DNA of 64,000 nt from Bacillota bacterium. Lineage in GTDB: Bacteria > Bacillota > Clostridia > Ch29. Both the position numbers and the translations under genes were made by a program. The notes under the pieces were generated by a model that saw only the letters and a program-made list of their open reading frames with translations, searched no databases and was not told where the DNA came from. Location: positions 12,796-76,795 of the forward strand of contig JAQUCT010000003.1 of assembly GCA_028686075.1 (NCBI GenBank), in the 5' to 3' direction. Every line of letters begins with the position of its first letter. The first letter of the stretch is position 1. Shown here in pieces: positions 19,775-30,279 of this stretch.

Positions 19775-20733
19775 GGTCTAAGAAAACCGGGAAGCTTGTC
19801 CATATCGAAGTTGCCACCGCTTACCACTGCAACCACCTTTTTATCTTTGCCCCAATCGCCCTTAAGTGCCGCTGCGGTGGTGACGGCTCCGGAGGGTTCG
19901 GGGATCGTTTTAAAGTATTTGATACAGGTTATTATGGCATCAATTATTTCTGATTCCTTCACCAGCATTATTTGGTCCACGTATTTTTTTACCAGTGGGA
20001 ACGTCAAGGACCCCGGCTTCAGTGACAGAAGGCCGTCCGCTGCCGAATGGGTTTTTTCCAGTTGGGTTATTCTGCCGCTTTCTACCGATACCGACATGGA
20101 ATTGCTGTTTTCCGGCTCTACGCCTATTAACTGTACATTTGGCCGGAGGTTTTTTATAAGCGTTGATATGCCGGATAAAAGCCCTCCGCCGCCGATGGGG
20201 ACCATTACAATATCCACATCGGGTACCTGCTCTAAGATTTCCTTTCCTATGGTTCCCTGGCCGGCTATTACATCGTAGTGGTCGTAGGGGGGTATTTCCA
20301 GGTAACCCTTTTCGAGGGCTACTTCCTTTGAGCGGGCCAGTCTTTGTTGTGAAGTGGTACCGCAAAACTCCACATTTGCACCCCACCTTGATACTGCTTT
20401 AACCTTTGCCCTTGGTGCTGTCTCAGGCATAATAATGGAAGCGGGTATTCCAAGCCGGTTTGCTACATAGGCTACCGCCTGGCCGTGGTTACCCGAGGAT
20501 GCAGTGACAACGCCCTGAAGGTTTGGAGTGTTCTTTAGCTGTTTGATTATGCAGTTGCTGGCTCCCCTTATTTTAAACGAATTGGTCGTCTGGAAGTTTT
20601 CGGCCTTTAAAAGCAGTTCAATACCAAGGTCGGAGTGCAGTGCCTGCGAACGAAGTATCGGTGTTACCCCGGCAAAGTCCCTAATATTGTTGTCGGCTTC
20701 CCATATCGATTGCACCTTTAACACTTTTTTCAC
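19771..20733 (-). CDS. PLP-dependent threonine/serine dehydratase family (short form, no ACT domain)
   Basis: The SFKIRGA lysine motif and GGGGL glycine loop; 320 aa. Confidence 0.85.
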   Translation of the reverse strand: MKKVLKVQSIWEADNNIRDFAGVTPILRSQALHSDLGIELLLKAENFQTTNSFKIRGASNCIIKQLKNTPNLQGVVTASSGNHGQAVAYVANRLGIPASIIMPETAPRAKVKAVSRWGANVEFCGTTSQQRLARSKEVALEKGYLEIPPYDHYDVIAGQGTIGKEILEQVPDVDIVMVPIGGGGLLSGISTLIKNLRPNVQLIGVEPENSNSMSVSVESGRITQLEKTHSAADGLLSLKPGSLTFPLVKKYVDQIMLVKESEIIDAIITCIKYFKTIPEPSGAVTTAAALKGDWGKDKKVVAVVSGGNFDMDKLPGFLRP

Positions 20734-20752
20734 TTCCTTTTCATTGTTTTAT

Positions 20753-20922
20753 TAATATACAACGTATTAATAACTTTATATTTACTAGTGTGTCATACTG
20801 AGCTTTTCTGTCATCCTGAGCGATAGCGAAGGATCTATCTTAAAATCCGATTATTCGGGCTCCGGTTCTTCGGAATTACGGATAAATGAATGTGATACTA
20901 TTAGTGCGTTATATTAAAACAG
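20753..20922 (+). repeat. Composite palindromic intergenic element, copy B (diverged)
   Basis: AACTTTATATTTACTAGTGTGTCATACTGAGC..TGTCATCCTGAGCGATAGCGAAGGATC..GAATGTGATACTATTAGTGCGTTATAT. Same ends as copies A, C and E. Confidence 0.75.
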
Positions 20923-21057
20923 GCTTTTTCTATATAATATCATTTTTGGAGAGCGAATAAAACTTTGTTCGTTTTAATTGTGCTGGTTTTTTGCAGATAA
21001 TGCTGTATAATGTTAGGTGTAATTATACTTGCAGTAGCTGGAGGTGGATATACTTAT

Positions 21058-21669
21058 ATGGGAACCGGAAAGATAGGTATAATGGGGGGAACCTTCGACC
21101 CTATCCATTACGGGCATCTGGTTACAGCGGAGGCGGCAAGGGAAAAGTTTTGCCTGGACAAGGTGGTGTTTGTGCCGTCGGGAAATCCGCCGCACAAGAA
21201 GGATAAGCCGATAAGCCCAGGTATGGACAGGGCAAATATGACGGTCCTTGCCATCGCCAACAATCCATATTTTGAAGTTTCGGATATAGAACTCAAGCGG
21301 GAAGGATGTACCTATACCGTTGACACGCTGAAGGGCTTTATAAAAATTTATGACGAAGACGTCCAGTTTTATTTTATAACCGGTGCCGATGCGGTTATGG
21401 AAATATTTACATGGAAGGACGTATCCACTATTCTAAAGCTGTGCAGGATAGTGTCCGCCTACAGGCCGGGTTCGGATATCAACAAGTTCAAAAGCATGGT
21501 GGACGAGCTGGAGCGGGTATACAGGAGCAATATTCATATGATAGAGGTGCCAGCCCTGGCAATTTCATCAACTGAGATAAGGCGTAGGGTAAGAGAAGGC
21601 ATTACGATAAAGTACCTTCTGCCTGAGAAGGTGGAGGACTATATACTAAAAAAAGGCTTGTACCGATGA
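21058..21669 (+). CDS. nadD: Nicotinate-nucleotide adenylyltransferase
   Basis: IGIMGGTFDPIHYGH (HxGH) and ISSTEIR motifs. The start at 21058 is inferred from family N-termini. Confidence 0.9.
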   Translation: MGTGKIGIMGGTFDPIHYGHLVTAEAAREKFCLDKVVFVPSGNPPHKKDKPISPGMDRANMTVLAIANNPYFEVSDIELKREGCTYTVDTLKGFIKIYDEDVQFYFITGADAVMEIFTWKDVSTILKLCRIVSAYRPGSDINKFKSMVDELERVYRSNIHMIEVPALAISSTEIRRRVREGITIKYLLPEKVEDYILKKGLYR

Positions 21670-21677
21670 CCTTAGAT

Positions 21678-21698
21678 CACAGGTCACAGGTCACAGGT
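21678..21698 (+). repeat. Tandem heptamer (CACAGGT)x3
   Basis: Read directly: CACAGGTCACAGGTCACAGGT, immediately after the nadD stop and before repeat copy C. Confidence 0.9.
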
Positions 21699-21700
21699 AA

Positions 21701-21868
21701 TATATGTAACGTGATAAAGGTTTTACACAGCTGTCATCCTAAGCGAAGCGAAGGATCTATCTCCAAGAAGATTCTTCACTACGTTCAGAACGACAAAGTC
21801 GGATTCTTCGGGCTTCGTCCTCAGAATGACAGATAAAAGAATGTAATACTATTAGTGCGTTATATATA
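21701..21868 (+). repeat. Composite palindromic intergenic element, copy C
   Basis: TATATGTAACGTGATAAAGG..TGTCATCCTAAGCGAAGCGAAGGATC..two inverted units..GAATGTAATACTATTAGTGCGTTATATATA. Confidence 0.85.
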
Positions 21869-21962
21869 GGCACTAGGTGCTAGTTATTGGGTAGAGTTTT
21901 CCGCTATAATTCGACACTCTGGAACAAATAGAAAAAATGATACGTCTAATATACGATATCGC

Positions 21963-22553
21963 TTGGTTGCAAAAAGAGGAGTGGTTTGGCTGAGGTGCAT
22001 AAATGATATAAAGGAAAAATTAAAAAGCGTTTTGTCCGAAGAAAGGTTTGACCATTCGCTACGCGTTGCGGACCAGTCGGTAATACTTGCCAGGCGGTTT
22101 GGCGCGGATGCGCGCAAGGCAGAAACGGCGGGGGTTTTGCACGATTGTGCAAGGGATTTAAGTTTTGGGGAGGCATTGAATGAGGCAAATAATTTTGGTA
22201 TTATATTAGATAATGTTACGAAAAACTCGCCTGGTATAATCCATGCGGTAATAGGCGAGGCACTGGCAAGGTTTGAATATAATATAAATGATCATGATAT
22301 TTTGGATGCCATAAGGTATCATACAACCGGCAGGAAGGGTATGTCAATGCTTGAAAAAATAGTATTCATAGCCGATTATACCGAGCCCTCCAGGGACTTT
22401 CAGGGTGCCGCTGGCGCGAGAGACATCCTGGAGCAGAGCCTTGACAGGGCTGTGCTGTATGCGATGGAGAACACAATAGCCTATCTGCTTGAAAAGAGAA
22501 TGCTTATACATTTGGATACGATAGACGCCAGGAATCATTATCTGGCCCACTAA
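21963..22553 (+). CDS. yqeK: HD-domain protein YqeK (bis(5'-nucleosyl)-tetraphosphatase family)
   Basis: RFDHSLRV...LHDCAR..RYHTTG..IVFIADY HD-domain pattern; follows nadD. The start codon is uncertain because I found no good RBS/ATG. Confidence 0.8.
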   Translation: MVAKRGVVWLRCINDIKEKLKSVLSEERFDHSLRVADQSVILARRFGADARKAETAGVLHDCARDLSFGEALNEANNFGIILDNVTKNSPGIIHAVIGEALARFEYNINDHDILDAIRYHTTGRKGMSMLEKIVFIADYTEPSRDFQGAAGARDILEQSLDRAVLYAMENTIAYLLEKRMLIHLDTIDARNHYLAH

Positions 22554-22615
22554 GGTCCAGGTTGGGTTAAAGTCCCATCTGAACCAAGTGTCACTTTATG
22601 AACGGGGTGGTCTCA

Positions 22616-23821
22616 ATGAAAAGATTTTTGAAAATAGCGGGTATATCTTTGTTAGCCCTTGTGATTGTATCGGCTTCTGCACTCTTTTTCTTTTTGCACT
22701 CCATAGGGCCGGAAGAGCCGGGGAATATAACCGGGGATCCGGAGTTTTTGATACCCGATCCTCCTGCAAAGGATGAGAGGGTTAATGTTCTTATTATGGG
22801 CACCGACCTGGGGGACCCGACCAACAGCAAGGCTCCAAGCCGGACCGATACAATGATACTGGCAAGCTTTGACCCGGAAGAAAACAGAGCTGACCTTATA
22901 TCACTGCCCCGGGATACAAGGCTGGAGATTAAGGGTAAGGGCCTTGACAAGCTGGGTCATGCCCACGCTTACGGGGGAGCAGCACTGGCGATGGACACGG
23001 TGAGCAATTTACTTGATATAGACGTACACTATTATTTCAAGATTGACTACGCGGGGTTTAGGCAGTTTATAGACAACTTAGGAGGGGTAAGGGTAAACGT
23101 TCCCTTTGATATGGATTATTCCGACCCCTATGACAATCCACCGCTACGTATTAACCTTAAAAAGGGGTGGCAGACCTTAAACGGTGAAAAAGCGTTGCAG
23201 TATGTCCGTAACCGCGAGGGTTATCCCGACGGTGACCTAGGAAGGATTAGAGCTCAGCAGGCACTTATCGATTCGGTTATAGATAAGGTTCTAAGTGCCG
23301 GCACCATACTGAGACTGCCTGCCATAGCCGATACATTAAGCAGCCATCTAAGCACAAACATGACCCCCGCTGAAATGAGTAGATACGCCTTCAGGGCTGC
23401 GGGGATAAAAAAGGAAGCCATTAATATGTACCGTCTCCCGGGTGACGATAAATATATCAACGGCATTTCCTACTTTTTATACGACGAAAAGCAGACTCGT
23501 GATTTGGTTTCGGTAGTGTTTGGAAAACCGGATAAGGACAACGGCACGGTTAAGGTGGAGGTGCTCAACGGAAGCGGAGTGGCCGGCCTGGCTGCCAGGG
23601 TGGGCGATATGCTAAAGGGTGAAGGCTTTGACGTAATCAGTATAGGCAATGCTGACGGGGCCGAATACAGCAGTACCCATGTCTACGACCGTAAGGGACA
23701 GGGGGACAACGCAAAAAAGGTGGCGGAGGTACTGGACGTTGAAAAATACCAGGTGGATGTGGATGAAAAAGCCAAGGCTGATGTAACTGTCATCCTTGGA
23801 AAGGATAGAAGTAACCTTTAA
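22616..23821 (+). CDS. LytR-CpsA-Psr (LCP) family protein with a C-terminal LytR_C domain
   Basis: N-terminal TM helix, the LIMGTD.......RTDTMIL...ISLPRDT core, and a C-terminal VEVLNGSGVAGLA domain. Confidence 0.85.
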   Translation: MKRFLKIAGISLLALVIVSASALFFFLHSIGPEEPGNITGDPEFLIPDPPAKDERVNVLIMGTDLGDPTNSKAPSRTDTMILASFDPEENRADLISLPRDTRLEIKGKGLDKLGHAHAYGGAALAMDTVSNLLDIDVHYYFKIDYAGFRQFIDNLGGVRVNVPFDMDYSDPYDNPPLRINLKKGWQTLNGEKALQYVRNREGYPDGDLGRIRAQQALIDSVIDKVLSAGTILRLPAIADTLSSHLSTNMTPAEMSRYAFRAAGIKKEAINMYRLPGDDKYINGISYFLYDEKQTRDLVSVVFGKPDKDNGTVKVEVLNGSGVAGLAARVGDMLKGEGFDVISIGNADGAEYSSTHVYDRKGQGDNAKKVAEVLDVEKYQVDVDEKAKADVTVILGKDRSNL

Positions 23822-23857
23822 ATACAGGGAGGTAATACTATAAACAATATAAAGGAT

Positions 23858-24181
23858 ATGGCGAGGCTTGCCGTGCGGGCGGCCGCAAACAAGAAAGCGT
23901 TGGATATAACGGTACTTGATATTAGGGACGTGTCAATACTGGCAGATTATTTTGTAATATGTAGCGGGGGTTCAAACACCCAGGTGAAATCCATTGCCGA
24001 TGGGATTAAGGAAAAACTGCAAGAGTCAGGATATGAACTTGGCCATATGGAGGGCTACAGGGAAGAGAAATGGATACTGCTGGATTATCGGGATGTGGTG
24101 GTGCACGTGTTCCATTCCCGTGAAAGGGAGTTCTACAACCTGGAAAAGCTGTGGGGGGATGCGAAGGTACTGGCCTTTTGA
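23858..24181 (+). CDS. rsfS: Ribosomal silencing factor RsfS (Iojap)
   Basis: ITVLD....S...DYFVICSG.S..Q..AIA and W.LLDY..VVVH.F motifs. Confidence 0.9.
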   Translation: MARLAVRAAANKKALDITVLDIRDVSILADYFVICSGGSNTQVKSIADGIKEKLQESGYELGHMEGYREEKWILLDYRDVVVHVFHSREREFYNLEKLWGDAKVLAF

Positions 24182-24192
24182 CCCGTTACGTG

Positions 24193-24221
24193 TTGACACT
24201 GCTTTAAAAATACCATATAAT
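24193..24221 (+). promoter_or_regulatory. Consensus sigma-A promoter for the leuS leader
   Basis: TTGACA (24193-98), 17 nt, TATAAT (24216-21). Confidence 0.8.
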
Positions 24222-24227
24222 ACTTGT

Positions 24228-24456
24228 AAATTACGATAGGTTTTTGTATTTGCAGGAGTAGTAGGCCAGCGGACTTTCAAAGAGAGGCGGTGTCCGGTGA
24301 AAACCGTCAGGTCTTAAAGCCAAACTCGCCTGATGAGTCTGTACAGGGGTGATTCCTTTATAAATCAACCGAGGGGACGGCATTTAAGCCGTCAATTAGG
24401 GTGGTAACGCGAGCATATGGCCTCTCGTCCCTAAAACGGGGACGGGGGTTTTTTAT
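24228..24456 (+). promoter_or_regulatory. T-box riboswitch, leucine specifier (CUC)
   Basis: AGAGAG bay, a candidate specifier AAACUCGCC, the conserved T-box AAUUAGGGUGGUAACGCG (24394-24412), then a terminator stem 24422-24448 with a U-run. Located upstream of leuS. Confidence 0.85.
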
Positions 24457-24489
24457 TATAAAATTTACTGGCTATGGAGGTAGAAGGCT

Positions 24490-26952
24490 ATGAAATATGA
24501 ATTCGAAAAAATAGAAAAGAAATGGCAGTCGTACTGGGAAGGACAGGGTCTTTACGCAGTTGGTGATTCCGGAGAAAACAGGTACTATGCTCTGGAGATG
24601 TTCCCGTATCCTTCCGGAAAGCTTCATATGGGGCATGTGAGGAACTACTCGATAGGGGACGTGGTGTCCAGGTTTAAAAGAATGAACGGAAGCGACGTTC
24701 TACACCCGATGGGCTGGGACGCCTTCGGGCTGCCCGCCGAAAATGCAGCGATAAAGAATAACACCCACCCCAACGAGTGGACCTGGAACAATATAGAAAG
24801 CATGAGGGTGCAGCTAAAGAGATTGGGTATAAGCTATGACTGGGATAGGGAAGTGGCCAGCTGCCATCCCGATTATTACAAATGGAACCAGTGGCTGTTT
24901 TTGTTGCTTTACAACAAAGGACTTGCCTATAAGAAACGATCCCAGGTAAACTGGTGCCCTTCTTGTACCACCGTTCTGGCCAACGAGCAGGTTATTTCGG
25001 GGGAATGTGAAAGGTGCGGTAGCACTGTTGCTAAAAAAGAACTGGAGCAGTGGTTTTTCAAGATAACCGACTATGCCCAGAGGCTGCTGGACGACCTGGA
25101 AAAACTGGGGGGATGGCCGGACAAGGTAAAGCTTATGCAAAGGAACTGGATAGGCAGGAGCGAAGGGGCATCCATTGACTTTGCAATAGAAGGGTTAGAG
25201 CAGGATATAAGGGTGTTTACTACCAGACCGGATACTGTTTTCGGGGCAACCTTCATGTGCCTTGCCCCAGAACATCATATGTGCAGGGACATTGTAAAGG
25301 GTACCGGATGGGACGAGGGATTTGACCAATTCCTAGACGGTATCAAGAAGATGTCCGAAATAGAAAGGACCTCCATAGAACTGGAAAAGGAAGGGGTATT
25401 TCTGGGCAGATACGCTGTTAACCCGGCCAACGGGAAAAGGCTTCCCATATATGCGGCCAATTATATACTTTACGAATACGGGACCGGTGCAATAATGGGA
25501 GTGCCCGCCCATGACCAGAGGGACTACGAGTTCGCCACCAAGTATAACCTGGATATAATTCAGGTGGTGCGCCCGGCAGCCAGGGAAGAGGTGCTGGAGG
25601 GCCAGGCCTATGACGGCCCCGGTACCATGGTTAATTCCGGCATATACGACGGCATGGATTATATGGAGGCAATGGACGGAATAGTGAAAGACTTAGAGAG
25701 CAAGGGAAGGGGCAACAAAGAGATAAAATACAGATTAAGGGACTGGCTCATATCCCGCCAGAGGTACTGGGGAACGCCTATACCCATAGTATACTGCCCC
25801 GATTGCGGCGAGGTACCGGTGCCGGAAGCGGACCTGCCGGTAATACTACCCATTGATATTGCTCTTACCGGCATGGGGGATTCGCCCCTTGCAAGGAGCG
25901 AAGAGTTTGTAAACACCACCTGCCCACGGTGCGGTAAGCCGGCCAGGCGGGAAACGGATACAATGGATACCTTTGTGTGCTCGTCCTGGTATTTCTTAAG
26001 GTTTACCGACCCGAAGAATACAAAGGCACCCTTTGACAGAGAAAAGGCAGATGCCTGGATGCCGGTTGACCAGTATATAGGCGGTGTGGAGCACGCCATT
26101 TTGCACCTTATGTACGCAAGATTCTTTACAAAGGTGCTTAGCGACTTCGGGCTTTGTACCTGCGACGAGCCATTTAAAAACCTGCTTACCCAGGGAATGG
26201 TATTAAAGGACGGGGCCAAGATGTCCAAGTCCAAGGGCAATGTAGTAAGCCCTGAGGATATTATTGAAAGATACGGTGCAGATACCGCAAGACTGTTTAT
26301 ACTGTTTGCCGCACCGCCGGAAAGGGACTTGGAATGGAGCGACCAGGGCGTGGAGGGTTGCTACCGGTTCCTGAACAGAATCTGGAGGCTGGTGGAAGAA
26401 AGCATAGATGTGACGGCGAAAGCCGGGGAGGTATACAGTGGGCATTTAAACGCCGATGACAGGGAAATGCTATACGTAATAAACCGTACCGTAAAGAAGG
26501 TTACTGAGGATATCAAAGAGCGGTTCAATTTCAACACTGCCATAAGTGCCGTAATGGAAATGGTGAATGCGCTTTATCAGTACAAAGAAAACCCAAGGCC
26601 TAATCCCGCGGTGATTAAGGAAGGGATAACAAAGTTAACAGTGCTGATGGCACCATTTGCTCCGCATATAGCCGAGGAACTTTGGGAGATGACCGGAGGG
26701 GTGGGAAGCGTCCACAGGCAGGAATGGCCGGACTATAATGAAGAATATTTGGTCAGGGACCTTGTTACGGTGGTGGTGCAGGTTAACGGTAAAGTGAGAA
26801 GCCGTATTCAGGTATCCCCGGGAATGAAAAAGGAAGAAATGGAGCAACTGGCACTGGAGGACGAAAGAATCAAGGCCTATACAATTGGCGATACTGTCAA
26901 AAAGGTCATAGTAGTGCCGGATAAGCTTATTAATGTAGTTTTGGGAGGGTAG
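24490..26952 (+). CDS. leuS: Leucyl-tRNA synthetase
   Basis: HMGH (HIGH) and KMSKS motifs; 820 aa. Confidence 0.97.
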   Translation: MKYEFEKIEKKWQSYWEGQGLYAVGDSGENRYYALEMFPYPSGKLHMGHVRNYSIGDVVSRFKRMNGSDVLHPMGWDAFGLPAENAAIKNNTHPNEWTWNNIESMRVQLKRLGISYDWDREVASCHPDYYKWNQWLFLLLYNKGLAYKKRSQVNWCPSCTTVLANEQVISGECERCGSTVAKKELEQWFFKITDYAQRLLDDLEKLGGWPDKVKLMQRNWIGRSEGASIDFAIEGLEQDIRVFTTRPDTVFGATFMCLAPEHHMCRDIVKGTGWDEGFDQFLDGIKKMSEIERTSIELEKEGVFLGRYAVNPANGKRLPIYAANYILYEYGTGAIMGVPAHDQRDYEFATKYNLDIIQVVRPAAREEVLEGQAYDGPGTMVNSGIYDGMDYMEAMDGIVKDLESKGRGNKEIKYRLRDWLISRQRYWGTPIPIVYCPDCGEVPVPEADLPVILPIDIALTGMGDSPLARSEEFVNTTCPRCGKPARRETDTMDTFVCSSWYFLRFTDPKNTKAPFDREKADAWMPVDQYIGGVEHAILHLMYARFFTKVLSDFGLCTCDEPFKNLLTQGMVLKDGAKMSKSKGNVVSPEDIIERYGADTARLFILFAAPPERDLEWSDQGVEGCYRFLNRIWRLVEESIDVTAKAGEVYSGHLNADDREMLYVINRTVKKVTEDIKERFNFNTAISAVMEMVNALYQYKENPRPNPAVIKEGITKLTVLMAPFAPHIAEELWEMTGGVGSVHRQEWPDYNEEYLVRDLVTVVVQVNGKVRSRIQVSPGMKKEEMEQLALEDERIKAYTIGDTVKKVIVVPDKLINVVLGG

Positions 26953-26957
26953 AGGGT

Positions 26958-27608
26958 ATGAAAGAAAAACTGCATCCTGTTCTAAAAGGTATGATACCCA
27001 TAGTGGGAGGCATAGCCAAGACCTTTGGGAAGAGCTGTGAAGTAGTACTCCACGATATAACAGACCCCTACCATTCGATTGTGGCAATTGAGAACAGCCA
27101 TGTAACCGAAAGGAATCTTGGAGGGCCAATGTCCCAGGCAAATATTGAAGCAATTGCAGCGGGGGGGTTCGCGGGTGACCAGCTCAATTACACCAAAAAG
27201 ACCCCCGATGGGAGGATACTCAAATCTTCCACCATTGTAATAAGGGATGAAAATCAAAAACCCATAGGATGCCTTTGTATAAACTTCGACCTGTCGGAGT
27301 TCGTTATGGTAAGAAATTCAATAAACGCTCTGTGTTATACAGAGGAGCAAGACGAGAATAAAATCGAAAAAGGGTACCGGGGTGCTAATATAAACGAGGT
27401 GCTGTGCAACCTTGTAACCAGTGTGTTAGATAACTCCGGCCGTCCGGTGGCGTATATGACAAAGGACGATAAGGTGGAAATAGTAAGTATTCTGGACCAA
27501 AAAGGTGCATTCCTTATAAAGGGAGCCATTGACTACGTTGCCAAGGTACTGTGTGTTTCCAGGTACACCGTTTATAATTATCTGGATGAGGTAAGGGTAG
27601 GAGAATAA
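26958..27608 (+). CDS. YheO-like PAS-domain / HTH transcriptional regulator
   Basis: CEVVLHD...SIVAIEN..VT.R..G.P and a C-terminal [13 protein letters not shown]. Starts 6 nt after the leuS stop. Confidence 0.75.
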   Translation: MKEKLHPVLKGMIPIVGGIAKTFGKSCEVVLHDITDPYHSIVAIENSHVTERNLGGPMSQANIEAIAAGGFAGDQLNYTKKTPDGRILKSSTIVIRDENQKPIGCLCINFDLSEFVMVRNSINALCYTEEQDENKIEKGYRGANINEVLCNLVTSVLDNSGRPVAYMTKDDKVEIVSILDQKGAFLIKGAIDYVAKVLCVSRYTVYNYLDEVRVGE

Positions 27609-27627
27609 AAAAAGGAGGCTACTTATA

Positions 27628-28008
27628 ATGAAAAAGGAGATTGTTTCAACCAAAAAAGCACCCGGTGCTGTGGGCCCCTATTCCCAGGCCGTTAAATGCG
27701 GTAATATGGTATACACCGCCGGCCAGATAGCACTTAACCCCGGAACGGGCCAAATGGTGGAAGGCGGTGTTAAGGAGCAGACCCACCAGGTGTTCGCCAA
27801 TTTAAAGGCGGTGCTGGAGGCTTCCGGTACAAGCCTTGAAAACGTTGTAAAAACCACAGTGTTCATAACGGATATGGGAAAATTTGGCGATGTGAACGAG
27901 GTGTATGCAGAATATTTCACCGTCGACTTCCCGGCCCGTTCATGTATTGAAGTAGGCAGGCTGCCAAAGGATGCCCTTGTGGAAATAGAAGTTGTTGCAG
28001 CACTGTAA
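27628..28008 (+). CDS. ridA: RidA/YjgF-family enamine/imine deaminase
   Basis: [12 protein letters not shown]...GQI...KTTVF..DM..F..VN.VY..YF....PARS.VEV..LP..ALVEIE. Confidence 0.9.
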   Translation: MKKEIVSTKKAPGAVGPYSQAVKCGNMVYTAGQIALNPGTGQMVEGGVKEQTHQVFANLKAVLEASGTSLENVVKTTVFITDMGKFGDVNEVYAEYFTVDFPARSCIEVGRLPKDALVEIEVVAAL

Positions 28009-28010
28009 TA

Positions 28011-28042
28011 AAAAGGACAGGCATTCTGTCCTTTTTATTTTT
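28011..28042 (+). terminator. Rho-independent terminator after ridA
   Basis: AAAAGGACAG-GCATT-CTGTCCTTTT plus a T-run. Confidence 0.85.
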
Positions 28043-28052
28043 AGACATACTC

Positions 28053-28094
28053 AAATAGGCTTCATGAAACACTGACGTTTCATGAAGCCTATTT
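28053..28094. terminator. 18-bp perfect hairpin at the convergent junction of ridA and the carboxypeptidase gene
   Basis: AAATAGGCTTCATGAAAC-ACTGAC-GTTTCATGAAGCCTATTT. It overlaps the stop codon of the minus-strand gene. Confidence 0.5.
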
Positions 28095-29351
28095 TCTCCT
28101 GAAAATACTTCTTTTCCGCACATAGGTGAACCTTCTCCTCTTACGGCTTTTTATAATAAACCTAAAAGTCAGTACCGAAATCGGCAGAGCCAGCAGAAAC
28201 CCGAACAATCTGTATTTTGGATTCCCAGATTTTCCCTTGAATATGCCGGAGGCCATTATTTTATCGTCATCTTTCCTTCGTGTGATCAGCCTGACCGTTC
28301 CAACTATTTCATCGCCTATTTTGTATTCAATATATCCAACCCGTTCCCCGGAAGGCACGGTGGGCTTAACCGTTTCCATTACTATGTTCTCTTCAATATG
28401 GGGTTTTTGGCCGTTAATGGGATAATTATAGTGAAAATCTTTCTCGGTTACTATTTCAACATTCGAGTTGGTACCCAAAAACTCCACGCTATCTATTACT
28501 TTGCCCTTATTTACCACCGGCATCTGCTGAAAGTCTTCAAAGGCGAAATCCAAAAGCTTAGTTGTGTTGTCCCATAGGGTATTGTTGTTAGGCTCGCTGA
28601 GTATCACCGTTATAAACTCTTTCCTGTCCCTTTGGGCGGACCCGACGAAACAGTGATTGGCGGCCGTTGTATAACCGGTTTTAATCCCGTTTGCGCCCTC
28701 GTATTTATGGGAGGTGTTCTTTATAAGCCTGTTGCCGTTGTACAAATACCTGGTATCCTGCATATTAGTTTCGGGTATTATGTATCTAACGGTGCTTACA
28801 ATTTCCCTGAACCTGGGTAGCGTCATAGCGTGCCCGGCAATTAGGGCCATATCGTAGGCACTGGTTACATGCTCCGGGTCGGGCAGCCCGCTGGGATTGG
28901 TGAAGTTGGTGTTTTTTGTTCCCAACTGCACCGCCTTGTCATTCATCATTACTGCGAATTCCTCAACCGATCCTGCAATATATTCCGCAATTGCTATTGC
29001 AGCATCGTTCCCGGATTCCAGCAGCAGTCCGAACAAAACATGTTCAAGGGTTACCTTTTCACCCTCTAAGAGGTATATCCTGCTGCCATCTATATAGGAC
29101 GCCTTCCTGCTTATGGGTACATAATCGCTTAGTTTTCCCCTTTCAAGGGCCAAAATAGCGGTCATTATTTTGGTTATGCTAGCCGGATAGGAAACCGTGT
29201 GGGCGTTTTTGCTGTATAATACCTGACCTGTTTCTGCGTCCATCAGGATGGCCTTAGGAGAGCTAATATCTATCGAGGCAAGGGCCTCTAAGGGCCCTGA
29301 CATAAGCACCATAAGAGCTGTAAGTACTATGATAGCTGCGGTTTTTTTCAT
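28089..29351 (-). CDS. D-alanyl-D-alanine carboxypeptidase (S11, DacB/DacF-type) with a C-terminal membrane anchor
   Basis: Signal peptide, SITKIMT (SxxK), SGND (SxN) and KTGYT (KTG). Confidence 0.9.
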   Translation of the reverse strand: MKKTAAIIVLTALMVLMSGPLEALASIDISSPKAILMDAETGQVLYSKNAHTVSYPASITKIMTAILALERGKLSDYVPISRKASYIDGSRIYLLEGEKVTLEHVLFGLLLESGNDAAIAIAEYIAGSVEEFAVMMNDKAVQLGTKNTNFTNPSGLPDPEHVTSAYDMALIAGHAMTLPRFREIVSTVRYIIPETNMQDTRYLYNGNRLIKNTSHKYEGANGIKTGYTTAANHCFVGSAQRDRKEFITVILSEPNNNTLWDNTTKLLDFAFEDFQQMPVVNKGKVIDSVEFLGTNSNVEIVTEKDFHYNYPINGQKPHIEENIVMETVKPTVPSGERVGYIEYKIGDEIVGTVRLITRRKDDDKIMASGIFKGKSGNPKYRLFGFLLALPISVLTFRFIIKSRKRRRFTYVRKRSIFRRK

Positions 29352-29474
29352 GACTCCCTCCAGTATTGTGAATAGAAATTATGCAATATTAATAGTATAA
29401 CAGATAATTTCTATCGTTTACAGGGAAAGGACTGAATATCCAGAAAATACATGGCAATATACGTAGCACCATTT

Positions 29475-29632
29475 ATATATAAAGTGTTAATAAAGTTACA
29501 TAAGATGTGTCATCCTGAAGGAGGAACGACTGAAGGGTCCTTTTTTGCCTTCCTAAAGGTTCTTCGTTTACGCAAGGTCCTTCGCTTCGCTCAGGATGAC
29601 AGCTGTGTAAAGTCTTTATTACGTTATATATA
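29475..29632. repeat. Composite palindromic intergenic element, copy D (near-symmetric)
   Basis: ATATATAAAGTGTTAATAAAGTTACATAAG..TGTCATCCTGAAGG...CTTCGCTCAGGATGACA..GTAAAGTCTTTATTACGTTATATATAG. It generates the spurious ORF 29451..29633. Confidence 0.85.
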
Positions 29633-29691
29633 GAAGGAAAAAATAAAAAAATATAGAATATAACATAATTAATGGTTAAGGGGGTGGAAAT

Positions 29692-30279
29692 ATGGACCTC
29701 TCGAAAAGGGAATGGGTGTTAACAGGCTTTATTATCATATTATTGGCTACAAATGTAGGTCTTATTCTTAAAATGGAAGGGACAGGCAAAAGTAGCGTGG
29801 ACAGTCAGAACCTGGACAGCTACTTTGTCGGGGAGGAAGAACACACCGAGACCGAAATAGTGGTACACATAACCGGGCAGATAAGAAACAGGGGAGTGAT
29901 TTACATATCTGAAGGGGCCCGCACCATTGACGCAATAAATGCGGCGGGGGGTGCCCTGGAGGAAGCTGACCTCGATAGGGTTAACCTGGCAAGGGTTGTG
30001 CAGGATGGAGAGAAACTGCATGTCCCTGCCGTAGACGAAATTATGGATGATAATACTGGCCTTAGCTATACCGGGGATGCGAGTGCAAAAATAAACGTCA
30101 ATATAGCCAGTGCTTCCCAGCTTGAAGCCCTGCCTGGTATTGGACCGGTGCTGGCAGGAAGGATTGTAGATTTCAGGGAAAGGGAAGGCCGGTTCCAAAA
30201 ACCGGAGGATATAATGAAAGTTTCGGGCATAGGCCCGAAGGTTTATGATAATCTTAAGGATAGCATAACAGTTAGATGA
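29692..30279 (+). CDS. comEA: ComEA-family DNA-binding competence protein (SLBB plus helix-hairpin-helix)
   Basis: TM anchor, then INVNIASASQLEALPGIGPVLAGRIVDFRE..G.F...EDIMKVSGIGPK. Confidence 0.85.
   Translation: MDLSKREWVLTGFIIILLATNVGLILKMEGTGKSSVDSQNLDSYFVGEEEHTETEIVVHITGQIRNRGVIYISEGARTIDAINAAGGALEEADLDRVNLARVVQDGEKLHVPAVDEIMDDNTGLSYTGDASAKINVNIASASQLEALPGIGPVLAGRIVDFREREGRFQKPEDIMKVSGIGPKVYDNLKDSITVR

Noticed and set aside
29451-29633. Track ORF of 60 aa (MAIYVAPFIYKVLIKLHKMCHPEGG...) and similar small ORFs inside repeat copies.
   Set aside because: The ORF is wholly contained in intergenic element copy D. The same DNA occurs in both orientations elsewhere, so the reading frame is incidental.
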